Below are positions 45,416 to 53,486 of a stretch of DNA of 64,000 bases, in pieces. The first letter of the stretch is position 1. Every line of letters starts with the position of its first letter. The notes beneath the pieces were generated by a model. The model did no database searches. It was not told the origin of the DNA and saw only the letters and a list, made by a program, of their open reading frames with translations. The translations under genes were made by a program, and so were the position numbers. Source of the stretch: Saprospiraceae bacterium (GTDB lineage: Bacteria > Bacteroidota > Bacteroidia > Chitinophagales > Saprospiraceae); contig JBJXGZ010000044.1 in the NCBI GenBank assembly GCA_046160625.1, forward strand, positions 736 through 64,735, in the 5' to 3' direction.

Positions 45416-46699
45416 TTAGATCAAATCTTTGCCAATGTCCCGCCGGAAGTACTTCCCTTCAAACTGGACGGTATTTGCATTTCGGTTCGATTTGCGCAAG
45501 GCTGTCGGGATATCTTTACCTAAGCTGGTAAGCGCAATAACCCTACCGCCCGCGGTCAGACAATCTCCTTCTTTGGTTGCGGCAGTTCCAGCGTGAAAAG
45601 CAATTCCATTTTTTATCTTCTCAAGTCCTGAAATGACTTTACCCTTTTCATAATCGCCGGGATAACCGCCACTGACGAGGAAAACTGTGGTGGCTGTGCG
45701 CTTATCTGCCCGAATTTTGACATCGCTAAGGCTTCCTCCTGCGCAGTGGCTGAACAAGCTTACTAGGTCATTTTTGAGGCGCGGGAGCACTACTTCGGTT
45801 TCTGGATCGCCCATACGACAATTGTACTCAATCACAAATGGCTCGCCACGCACACTTATGAAACCAATGAAAATGAAGCCTTTGTAAGGGATATTTTCTT
45901 TTTTTAAACCCTCCACAGTGGGACGAATGACGCGCTCTTCCACTTTTGCCCACATGGCTGAGTCCAGAAAAGGCACCGGACTTACAGCGCCCATACCCCC
46001 GGTGTTTGGCCCGGTATCATCCTCTCCGATGCGTTTGTAATCTTTTGCTTCCGGCAATATTTTGTAGGTTTTACCATCGGTCAGCACAAAAACGCTAAAT
46101 TCTATACCTTCCAAAAACTCCTCTACTACCACGCGTGCGCTGGCTGCGCCAAATTTTCCACCAAGCATATCCCGCATTTCTACTTCTGCTTCTGCGTTGC
46201 TCTGGCAAATGACCACGCCTTTACCCGCCGCCAAACCGTCGGCTTTCAATACAATGGGCAGGGTGTGGTTTTTCAGAAAGGCTAAACCAGCATCAAGAGT
46301 TTCGGTGGTAAATTCTTGATAACCAGCGGTTGGGATATTATGTCGCAGCATAAATTTTTTGCTCCAGGCCTTGCTTCCTTCCAGCATTGCCCCGGCTTTT
46401 GAAGGCCCAATCAGGGGGATTTTTTTCAAGTGTGCTCGTTCTTGAAAATAGTCCCAAATGCCACGGACAAGGGGTTCTTCAGGGCCGACAACGACCATTT
46501 CTATATTGTTTTCGAGCACAAATTTTTCGATGGCAGAAAAATCCAGGGGGCTGATAGGCACATTTTGACCTAAAGCAGATGTACCGGCATTCCCGGGTGC
46601 TATGTAAAGTTGGGAGCAGCGTTTGCTCTGCTTGAGTTTCCATGCAAAAGCATGTTCGCGGCCACCAGAGCCAAGTAGAAGAATATTGAATGTGGTCAA
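45416..46699 (-). CDS. purD: Phosphoribosylamine-glycine ligase
   Basis: NILLLGSGGREHAFAWKL N-terminus, ATP-grasp blocks and GGMGA. The likely start is TTG 46699 (alternative TTG 46717). The ATG at 46834 would add ~45 non-conserved residues. Confidence 0.9.
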   Translation of the reverse strand: MTTFNILLLGSGGREHAFAWKLKQSKRCSQLYIAPGNAGTSALGQNVPISPLDFSAIEKFVLENNIEMVVVGPEEPLVRGIWDYFQERAHLKKIPLIGPSKAGAMLEGSKAWSKKFMLRHNIPTAGYQEFTTETLDAGLAFLKNHTLPIVLKADGLAAGKGVVICQSNAEAEVEMRDMLGGKFGAASARVVVEEFLEGIEFSVFVLTDGKTYKILPEAKDYKRIGEDDTGPNTGGMGAVSPVPFLDSAMWAKVEERVIRPTVEGLKKENIPYKGFIFIGFISVRGEPFVIEYNCRMGDPETEVVLPRLKNDLVSLFSHCAGGSLSDVKIRADKRTATTVFLVSGGYPGDYEKGKVISGLEKIKNGIAFHAGTAATKEGDCLTAGGRVIALTSLGKDIPTALRKSNRNANTVQFEGKYFRRDIGKDLI

Positions 46700-46845
46700 T
46701 TTGTCGAATGTGGTCAATGTGTTGGATGAAGGGTTTAAAAGCGATTGCGAAGGTAAACCGCGCAGATAAGGTTGTGTTAAAATCTGGAGATAAGAGAAAT
46801 GAACGAGTGCAATTTTTTTCATTTGTGCCCGCAAATCAATGCTAT

Positions 46846-47247
46846 ATGGAGCGCCTGCTCGCCATCCTGTTTTCGGTCACATTGTTTCTGGCCACCTCGC
46901 CACCTCGAGGGCTGGACAAGGCTTGCGACTATTCCGGTGGAATTTGCACGGTGAAAGAAATTTGTTCGGCAAAATCAGAAACCTCTTGTTATAAGGAAGA
47001 GCCACATAATCTAGATTTGTCGAACACGGAAAAAGAGAATGATTGCGGAGAAAAATCAGGTTGTCCACTTCCAATTTGCTGTGTTTATGGGCCATGTTGC
47101 TGCCTTTGCGTCGTGCCAGAGCGCCCTGTTCTTCACATCGCGCCGCCATTACCTGAGGAAAAACGAGTAAAACCAGGCGAACCGCAAGATTTTTTGCCCC
47201 AACAGGTTTGCCTTTCTATTTGGAAACCCCCCTCCTTTTCAGTTTAA
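46846..47247 (+). CDS. Cysteine-rich hypothetical protein with a hydrophobic N-terminus
   Basis: 133 aa from the internal ATG (MERLLAILFSVTLFLATS...). It has 13 Cys including CPLPICCVYGPCCCLC. The upstream part of the ORF-track entry overlaps the purD 5' region and is discarded. Confidence 0.4.
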   Translation: MERLLAILFSVTLFLATSPPRGLDKACDYSGGICTVKEICSAKSETSCYKEEPHNLDLSNTEKENDCGEKSGCPLPICCVYGPCCCLCVVPERPVLHIAPPLPEEKRVKPGEPQDFLPQQVCLSIWKPPSFSV

Positions 47248-47302
47248 GTTTCGCAAAAAGCCCTTAAAGAACTTTACCCGTCAGAATTTTTCTGACAGCC
47301 TT

Positions 47303-47317
47303 CGGAACGGCGTTCCG
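47303..47317. promoter_or_regulatory. Palindrome CGGAAC-GGC-GTTCCG, copy 1 of 3
   Basis: A 6+3+6 palindrome, extendable by G-U pairs. It lies 37 nt upstream of the ATG at 47354 and 56 nt after the stop at 47247. Confidence 0.45.
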
Positions 47318-47353
47318 GGGTTCATTCAATAACTTAAACTAAAATTTCACATC

Positions 47354-47539
47354 ATGAGAAATAAATCTTTGGCAATCGTTGCCTCTATACTGCTTTCTGC
47401 AGGTATCGCATTTGCTTTTGTTGGTGCAAACGGCACGGCTTGTTGCTCACCGGAATCCTGCTGTTTGCCAGAATCTTGCAACATGTCAGAGCAAACTTGC
47501 TGCGACATGCCTTGCCCGATTCCGTGCTGCGAGAATTAA
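47354..47539 (+). CDS. Small secreted cysteine-rich peptide
   Basis: 61 aa with a Sec-type signal (MRNKSLAIVASILLSAGIAFAF). The last 32 aa carry 10 Cys (CCSPESCCLPESC...CCDMPCPIPCCEN). An intrinsic terminator follows. Confidence 0.55.
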   Translation: MRNKSLAIVASILLSAGIAFAFVGANGTACCSPESCCLPESCNMSEQTCCDMPCPIPCCEN

Positions 47540-47568
47540 GCAGAAGCCATTTTAATGGCTGACAAGAA

Positions 47569-47605
47569 AGAAGGCGAGGGTCGTAAGACCTTCGCCTTCT
47601 GTTTT
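47569..47605 (+). terminator. Intrinsic terminator after the small Cys-rich ORF
   Basis: agaaggcgaggg / ccttcgccttct forms a 12-bp stem with an 8-nt loop, followed by gtttt. Confidence 0.8.
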
Positions 47606-47606
47606 A

Positions 47607-47664
47607 GTAGCCCGGAACGCTGTTCCGGGATTAATTAGCACCCCGGAACAGCGTTCCGGGCTAC
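47607..47664. repeat. Perfect 23-bp inverted repeat; each arm is itself a CCCGGAAC-N3-GTTCCGGG palindrome (copies 2 and 3)
   Basis: gtagcccggaacgctgttccggg (47607-47629) is the exact reverse complement of 47642-47664. The right arm overlaps the stop of the DUF4159 gene. Confidence 0.9.
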
Positions 47665-48317
47665 TGCCCAAAAACGTACTGGACAATGTTCGCGCCCATC
47701 TGCAACGCTTTGGTTCGCATTTCTTTAGGGTCGTTGTGAATATCGTCCCAGCCATCGCCGAGGTCGGTCTCGAAATTGTAGTAACACACCAGGCGACCTT
47801 GGTAGAGGAGCCCAAACCCTTGTGCCGGCTTACCATCGTGTTCGTGGATTTTAGGAATCCCGTTGTTGAAGTTGTATTTCTGGTGATAAATAGGATGGCT
47901 GAAGGGCAATTCCACAAAATCAAGTTCAGGAAAAACCTTTTTCATGGCTGGTCGAACAAAAGGGTCCAGGCCAAAATCGTCGTTTAAGATTAGAAAGCCT
48001 CCGCCTTCAAGATACGAACGAAGATTTCGGGCTTCTAGGTCGCTGAAAAGCATATTGCCATGGCCTGTGGCGTACACGATGGGATAATTGAATATCTCGG
48101 CACTGCCCGGCTCCACGGTAGCATAATCTGTGGCATCGAAGTTGGTTCGAAGGTTTTCGTTGCAGAATTTGGCGAGATTTTTCAGCGAGTTTACATCATT
48201 GTACCAATCACCGCCGCCGCTGTATTTGAGCAGGGCGAGTTTGAGGGTGGGTGGGGCTATCTCGGAATTGAATGCCGTTACAGCAAGAAAAATGAATAAA
48301 AGTAGTATGAAACGCAT
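47661..48317 (-). CDS. DUF4159-domain protein
   Basis: Blocks LKYSGGGDWYNDVNSLKNL, GHGNMLFSD, FPELDFVELPFSHPIYHQKY and HEHDGKPAQGFGL match DUF4159 as I remember it. The ATG at 48317 gives signal-like MRFILLLFIFLAV. Confidence 0.8.
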   Translation of the reverse strand: MRFILLLFIFLAVTAFNSEIAPPTLKLALLKYSGGGDWYNDVNSLKNLAKFCNENLRTNFDATDYATVEPGSAEIFNYPIVYATGHGNMLFSDLEARNLRSYLEGGGFLILNDDFGLDPFVRPAMKKVFPELDFVELPFSHPIYHQKYNFNNGIPKIHEHDGKPAQGFGLLYQGRLVCYYNFETDLGDGWDDIHNDPKEMRTKALQMGANIVQYVFGQ

Positions 48318-48348
48318 TCGTTTAAAATTCAAAGTTTTGTAACTTGTT

Positions 48349-48951
48349 TTACTTTCCGTAATATTTTAATGGCCGCAAAAAAGCTCGAAAATCCAATATC
48401 AGAAAGATGGCAAGCACCGCCAATAAAAAATAAACAATATAAGGATGTATTGGATTTGGTTGATCTGTAGGCATAAATGGACTGGCAAATGAAAGAAGGG
48501 AGGCCAACAAAGTAAGCCCAAAGTGACCTATTATTGAAAAAATTTGAGTTGACGTTTTCTGGGCCAAAAATTCTTCCCAAAGCAGGATTTCATTTGGCCA
48601 ATTTGTCTCTGCTTTGATAATCTTTTCCAAATTGGTTCTAATGTATAGCCCCGCCCGTTTTATGGCTATACTATGGCTAGTTAGAAGAAAATCAAATAGA
48701 ACAGAAGCATACGCTACAACAATAAGGATTGTTGGATGGACCATATTCGAATTGTCAAGAATATAGCCTATTCCTAGACTGACCGCAGTTATTTTAACCC
48801 CGATAATTTGAGCGCGAATTTTTTGGTGGCCGAGAATCTCCTCTCTAAGAAATGAAAGTTGCCGCCAAGCAACCTCAACTTGATCCATTTTGTTTGGCGA
48901 GCTTGTATTTGGAGACAATTTCTCTTTACCTACCTTTTTGACATTTTCCAT
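48349..48951 (-). CDS. Hypothetical 4-TM membrane protein (AT-rich gene)
   Basis: 200-aa ORF with an ATG start. It has an N-terminal soluble helix followed by two TM pairs. I cannot name a family. Confidence 0.55.
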   Translation of the reverse strand: MENVKKVGKEKLSPNTSSPNKMDQVEVAWRQLSFLREEILGHQKIRAQIIGVKITAVSLGIGYILDNSNMVHPTILIVVAYASVLFDFLLTSHSIAIKRAGLYIRTNLEKIIKAETNWPNEILLWEEFLAQKTSTQIFSIIGHFGLTLLASLLSFASPFMPTDQPNPIHPYIVYFLLAVLAIFLILDFRAFLRPLKYYGK

Positions 48952-48990
48952 TTCAAAAAATTTTTCAAAAATACAATTGTCTCATCTGAT

Positions 48991-50715
48991 TCAGAAATTG
49001 GAATCATCCACACTGTTCAGATAATCCTGAATTTCCCCAACAACAGATTTAACACAGCCATCATCAAAAGGCGATTTCAGGTTTGCTAGTTTTACCAAAT
49101 TGAGAAAAGACAGACTCCCTCCTGCCCGACAAAGGCGGAGATAATCGCCCCAGGCCGTATCATGGTCACTGCGGTCTTTCACCCAAAACTGGAAGGCACA
49201 AATTTGCGCGAGCGCATAATCAATGTAATAGAATGGTGAATTGAAGATGTGGCTTTGTTTATGCCAAAAACGGCCCATTTCGAGGTGTTCAATACCATCG
49301 TAATCTCTGTGTGGCAGGTAGGTTTTTTCCATCTCTCGCCATACGGCGTTTCGCTCGGCTGGGGTCATGTCGGGTTTTTCATACACAATATGTTGAAATT
49401 CATCCACCGCTACACCGTAGGGCAGGAACTGAATAGCACCAGCCAAATGCATGAAATGGTACTTATTGGTCTGAGGGCCAAAAAACAGATGCATCCATGG
49501 CCAGGTAAAAAACTCCATACTCATGGAGTGAATTTCAGCGGCATCGGCTGTAGGCCAATGGTACTCCTCGAATAGGAAATCGCGGCTGCACCACACCTGA
49601 AAGGCATGTCCGGCCTCGTGCGTCAGCACATCAATATCGCCACTTGTGCCATTAAAATTGGAAAAAATGTAAGGCGCGTCGAACTTGCTAACATACGTGC
49701 AATAGCCCCCGGTTGCTTTGCCATCGCGGTTAACCAAATCCATAAGTTTGGCAGCCTGCATCCGGGTGAAAAAAACATCGGTTTCGGGGCTTAGCTCATG
49801 GTACATTTTGGCGGCATTCGCTACAATTTGCTCGGGTGTGCCAATGGGCTTAGGGTTACCACTGGCAAACTTGTAGTCTTCATCGTAATGCTTTAGGGTG
49901 TTGATTCCCAAACGTTTGCGCTGGCGGTCGTAAAGCTCAGAGGCGATAGGTACGATGTGCTCTCGAACTTGACGCCGGAAATTTGCCACCATGTCGGGCG
50001 TGTAATCCGAACGACGCATCCGTGCATATCCAACCTCCGTAAAATTGCGGAATCCAAGCTTTTGCGCAATGCCATGCCGCAGCTTTACCATCTGGTCAAA
50101 GATGTTTTCTATGGCCTCGGCATTGTCGGCATAGAAACTGCTCTTTGCTGTGGTCGCATTTTTGCGCGTAGTACGGTCGTCAGACAATTCAATGGGGAGC
50201 AGGCTGCTGAGGTTGTAGGAATTACCCTCAAATTCAACTTTTGCGCGGGCCTTTATTATGGTGTATTCGGTGCTGAGCGCGTTTTCTTGCTTTAAATCTT
50301 CGAGGATGCTTGGTTGGAAAGTTTTAAGCGATACTTCCGCCAATGTGAAAAGGTGGTTGCCATATTTTTCGGCTAAAAGATCCCTGAATGGCGAGGAGAG
50401 CAGCGCTTGAAAAAAACGGTTGTTCAGCGCCTCAAAAGACGGGGAGTGTTCATCAAAATATTGATTTTCAGCCTCGTAAAAAGGATCAGCCGTGTTGGAG
50501 GTGTGCCTTATATAACAGAGATTGAACATGGAACCGAATTCCTCGCGTACTGCCACAATGCCGGCCAGTGCTTCTTGTTGCTTGACAACATCTGTCGCGG
50601 TTTCAAATTTAGAAAGGTGTTTTTCAAATTCTTGAGAAACGTCCTTCATGTTTGGGCGCGAATATCTAAAGTCGTCAAAAGTTGTATTGGTCAGATTAAA
50701 CGTGGTTCTATTCAT
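48991..50715 (-). CDS. pepF: M3-family oligoendopeptidase F
   Basis: 574 aa with zinc motif HEAGHAF and a downstream Glu. The length is typical of PepF. Confidence 0.85.
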   Translation of the reverse strand: MNRTTFNLTNTTFDDFRYSRPNMKDVSQEFEKHLSKFETATDVVKQQEALAGIVAVREEFGSMFNLCYIRHTSNTADPFYEAENQYFDEHSPSFEALNNRFFQALLSSPFRDLLAEKYGNHLFTLAEVSLKTFQPSILEDLKQENALSTEYTIIKARAKVEFEGNSYNLSSLLPIELSDDRTTRKNATTAKSSFYADNAEAIENIFDQMVKLRHGIAQKLGFRNFTEVGYARMRRSDYTPDMVANFRRQVREHIVPIASELYDRQRKRLGINTLKHYDEDYKFASGNPKPIGTPEQIVANAAKMYHELSPETDVFFTRMQAAKLMDLVNRDGKATGGYCTYVSKFDAPYIFSNFNGTSGDIDVLTHEAGHAFQVWCSRDFLFEEYHWPTADAAEIHSMSMEFFTWPWMHLFFGPQTNKYHFMHLAGAIQFLPYGVAVDEFQHIVYEKPDMTPAERNAVWREMEKTYLPHRDYDGIEHLEMGRFWHKQSHIFNSPFYYIDYALAQICAFQFWVKDRSDHDTAWGDYLRLCRAGGSLSFLNLVKLANLKSPFDDGCVKSVVGEIQDYLNSVDDSNF

Positions 50716-50857
50716 ATTGCAGCGGTTCTGAAGGAATAAATGCGTGATATTAAAGGCAAAAATACGGGAATGGGACCATGGCGAAACGAGCCATCTAAAA
50801 GCTATGTACCGCGGAATCCAAGCAAACTATTATTTTCGCCACAAAAACAGCATAATA

Positions 50858-51592
50858 ATGCGAACGTCACTCCCAATTTTGTTCATTTTTGTCTTTTTTG
50901 GTCTAATAACTGCCCAAAGCACCGCTTATGTCATCCACTTTGGCCCCACAGCCGGCCTTCAAAAATGGGACAACTCATCCGGACGTGAACCACTGTTTCA
51001 ATACCATGCCGCCCTTAGTTTGGAAAGCATCAATAATGAGGATAATCGTGGCTCTTTTTACATGCAGCTTGGCTATCACGTAAAAGGAAGTGCTACCCGC
51101 TATCGTTTTTTCAATTTCAACTCGGGTGCACCCGGCGGTACTTTTACCGAACGCTTCATATTTAACAACTTCTCTTTTTCACTTGGTGCGAAACAACGGT
51201 TTAAAGAGTCCAACAACGGCCGTACACGATACTTTTATTTCGGTGGGCTAAGGGCTGATTATACTTACAGCACTAATATTGATGCCCTTACAGCGTCCGA
51301 CCCGACTCGAAAACTCTTCTATCCCCTCATGGGCGGGGTGCAACGTTGGATGGGGGGCTTCTCGGCTGGAGGGGGCATAGAATTTGACTTTTCCGAATTG
51401 GTTGGCTGCCAAATCCAGCTCTCCGTAAACCCGGATGTGACACCCCAATACAGACAAATGGCTATTCCAAATGTTGCTGATCCATGGAATCCGGGACAGA
51501 ATACTACTATCCCTGAACGCCGCATTCGCAACACAACAGTAGAGCTTTCCATTGGCCTTCGGCTTCTGAAAAAGGTCATAATAGTTGATTAG
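50858..51592 (+). CDS. Outer-membrane beta-barrel-like protein
   Basis: Internal ATG gives signal peptide MRTSLPILFIFVFFGLITAQS. The rest has an alternating beta-strand pattern. Only the fold class is assigned. Confidence 0.55.
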   Translation: MRTSLPILFIFVFFGLITAQSTAYVIHFGPTAGLQKWDNSSGREPLFQYHAALSLESINNEDNRGSFYMQLGYHVKGSATRYRFFNFNSGAPGGTFTERFIFNNFSFSLGAKQRFKESNNGRTRYFYFGGLRADYTYSTNIDALTASDPTRKLFYPLMGGVQRWMGGFSAGGGIEFDFSELVGCQIQLSVNPDVTPQYRQMAIPNVADPWNPGQNTTIPERRIRNTTVELSIGLRLLKKVIIVD

Positions 51593-51931
51593 TTACTGTT
51601 GCAATTCCTCCCAATACTCCACAGCACGGCGCGTGTGCGGGATGCAAATAGAACCACCGACCAGATTGGCTACGGCAAAGACCTCAAAAATCTGTTCGGT
51701 CGTAAGTCCCAGCTCATGACATTTGCCGAGGTGATATTTGATACAATCGTCGCAGCGCAACACCATAGAAGCCACCAAACCAAGCAATTCTTTGGTGCGT
51801 GTGTCAAGTGCGCCTTCTTGGTAGGTCTGGTTGTCGAGGCTCCAAAACCTTTTGATTACTTTGTTGTCTTGTGCCAAAATACGCTCGTTCATGCGAGTGC
51901 GATAGGCGTTGAATTCTTGTACAATTGACAT
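51593..51931 (-). CDS. Carboxymuconolactone decarboxylase/AhpD-like family protein
   Basis: 112 aa with the AhpD-core motif CDDCIKYH (CxxCxxxH). Confidence 0.8.
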   Translation of the reverse strand: MSIVQEFNAYRTRMNERILAQDNKVIKRFWSLDNQTYQEGALDTRTKELLGLVASMVLRCDDCIKYHLGKCHELGLTTEQIFEVFAVANLVGGSICIPHTRRAVEYWEELQQ

Positions 51932-52029
51932 TTTGTGAATATTTTTTGCGAAAATTGACGTTTGAAGCCCCCCAAGATTTCCAAAGACAAAGATCGATAC
52001 CTATTGTTCACTATTTACCACAAGTAAAA

Positions 52030-52839
52030 ATGCTCCGTGCTGCCCTTTTGGATATGTACAACGGCGAACAGAATCGCGGTATTCCGATGTTGAAAAGTAT
52101 TTTGGGCCGGTATGCCGAAGTACTGGAATTCGACCATTTTGATGTGCGAGCCAGGTGCGAAATCCCAGATACATCTTACGACATCTACCTGTTTTCAGGA
52201 GGCCCTGGCGACCCACTTGAAAGCGGCGGCAAATGGCAAGAACCGTTTTTCAACCTTATCGAAGACTTGTGGCAATACAATAATAAAGCCCAGGAAGAGA
52301 AAAAGCATTGTTTTTTTATCTGCCATTCATTCCAAATGGCTTGCTACCACTTCGGCCTTGGAGAAGTGACTCAGCGTTACAAAATGTCTTTCGGCACTTA
52401 TCCTGTTTACAAAACGCACGATGGAAAGGACGAGCCGTTCTTTGAGGGATTGCCAGACCCATTTTATATAGCAGACTTTCGTCGCTATCAAGTCATAAAT
52501 CCGAATCACAAACAGTTTAAGGCACTGGGAGCACATATTTTGTGCCTCGAAAAACTCCGCCCGCACGTTCACTATGAGCGGGCCATTATGGCTGTAAGAT
52601 TTAGCCAAACAATGATCGGCACACAATTCCATCCCGAAGCCGACCCGGAAGGGTTGTTAAAATATTTCATGGAAGAAGAACGAAAAAAATCTATTGTGGA
52701 GGAGCACGGTGAGTCGCGATACGATCGAATGATACGAGACCTTGGAAACCCACAAAAAATCCAGCGCACCTTTGAGACCTTGATACCGGCTTTTTTGGAA
52801 CATACATTAGCCTCCTTTGACGTGCTGGAGCATGCATAA
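52030..52839 (+). CDS. Class I glutamine amidotransferase-like protein
   Basis: Internal ATG gives MLRAALLDMYNG. The nucleophile context is FFICHSFQM and the His/Glu context is GTQFHPEADPE. Confidence 0.75.
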   Translation: MLRAALLDMYNGEQNRGIPMLKSILGRYAEVLEFDHFDVRARCEIPDTSYDIYLFSGGPGDPLESGGKWQEPFFNLIEDLWQYNNKAQEEKKHCFFICHSFQMACYHFGLGEVTQRYKMSFGTYPVYKTHDGKDEPFFEGLPDPFYIADFRRYQVINPNHKQFKALGAHILCLEKLRPHVHYERAIMAVRFSQTMIGTQFHPEADPEGLLKYFMEEERKKSIVEEHGESRYDRMIRDLGNPQKIQRTFETLIPAFLEHTLASFDVLEHA

Positions 52840-52865
52840 TATATTCCGCCGAAAAGGCAACAAAC

Positions 52866-52904
52866 AAAAGCGGTTCAAAGCAATACTGCTTTGAACCGCT
52901 TTTT
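52866..52904. terminator. Bidirectional intrinsic terminator
   Basis: aaaagcggttcaaagca atac tgctttgaaccgctttt forms a 17-bp stem, between convergent stops at 52839 and 52936. Confidence 0.85.
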
Positions 52905-52935
52905 GCGAATGGGTTAAAACCCTACCCTTTAGAAA

Positions 52936-53172
52936 TCAAGAGATGACGCTCTCCAAATAGGCGATCGCCTGACCTACGGTTTGGATACCTTCTGCTTGCT
53001 CGTCAGGGATAGACACATCGAATTCTTTTTCAAATTCCATGATGAGTTCAACTGTATCGAGCGAGTCGGCACCGAGGTCATTGATGAAGCTTGCTTCTGG
53101 AGCCACATCTGTTCCTTCAACACCTAATTTGTCAATGATGATTTTTTTAACGCGTTCGGCTATGCTTGCCAT
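52936..53172 (-). CDS. acpP: Acyl carrier protein
   Basis: [18 protein letters not shown]...[16 protein letters not shown] carries the phosphopantetheine Ser in DSLD. The ATG at 53172 is preferred to the TTG at 53181. Confidence 0.95.
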   Translation of the reverse strand: MASIAERVKKIIIDKLGVEGTDVAPEASFINDLGADSLDTVELIMEFEKEFDVSIPDEQAEGIQTVGQAIAYLESVIS

Positions 53173-53486
53173 GTTTTTCAAAACTTGTTGGTGAAAAAAA
53201 GTCTATTTTTCTGGGGGCAAAGAAACGCCAACTAGCAGCTTTATCAAACATTTCGGCTTTATTTTTTTGAAAAGGAAGAAATCATAACCCCCCTAACTTT
53301 TCGTAATACAAACACTTAGTCTTGTTGACAGGAAAGAAAACACATGGTTTTTCTTTCCCTTTTACAAAGTTTTGAACAACCAAGACACAAAACAGAGGCA
53401 AATTCGGTTTGAAAACCTGGCGGATGGTGTTAATTTTGCGCCGCAAAGCTTATTGTAAAAAATACACTTAAAACACAAAAAAAAGA

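Noticed and set aside
46690-46845. The upstream 52 codons of the 185-aa ORF-track entry (MWSICRMWSMCWMKGL...).
   Set aside because: This part overlaps the purD 5' end and promoter region on the opposite strand and translates the 13-bp direct repeat. Only the part from ATG 46846 is retained, and that with low confidence.
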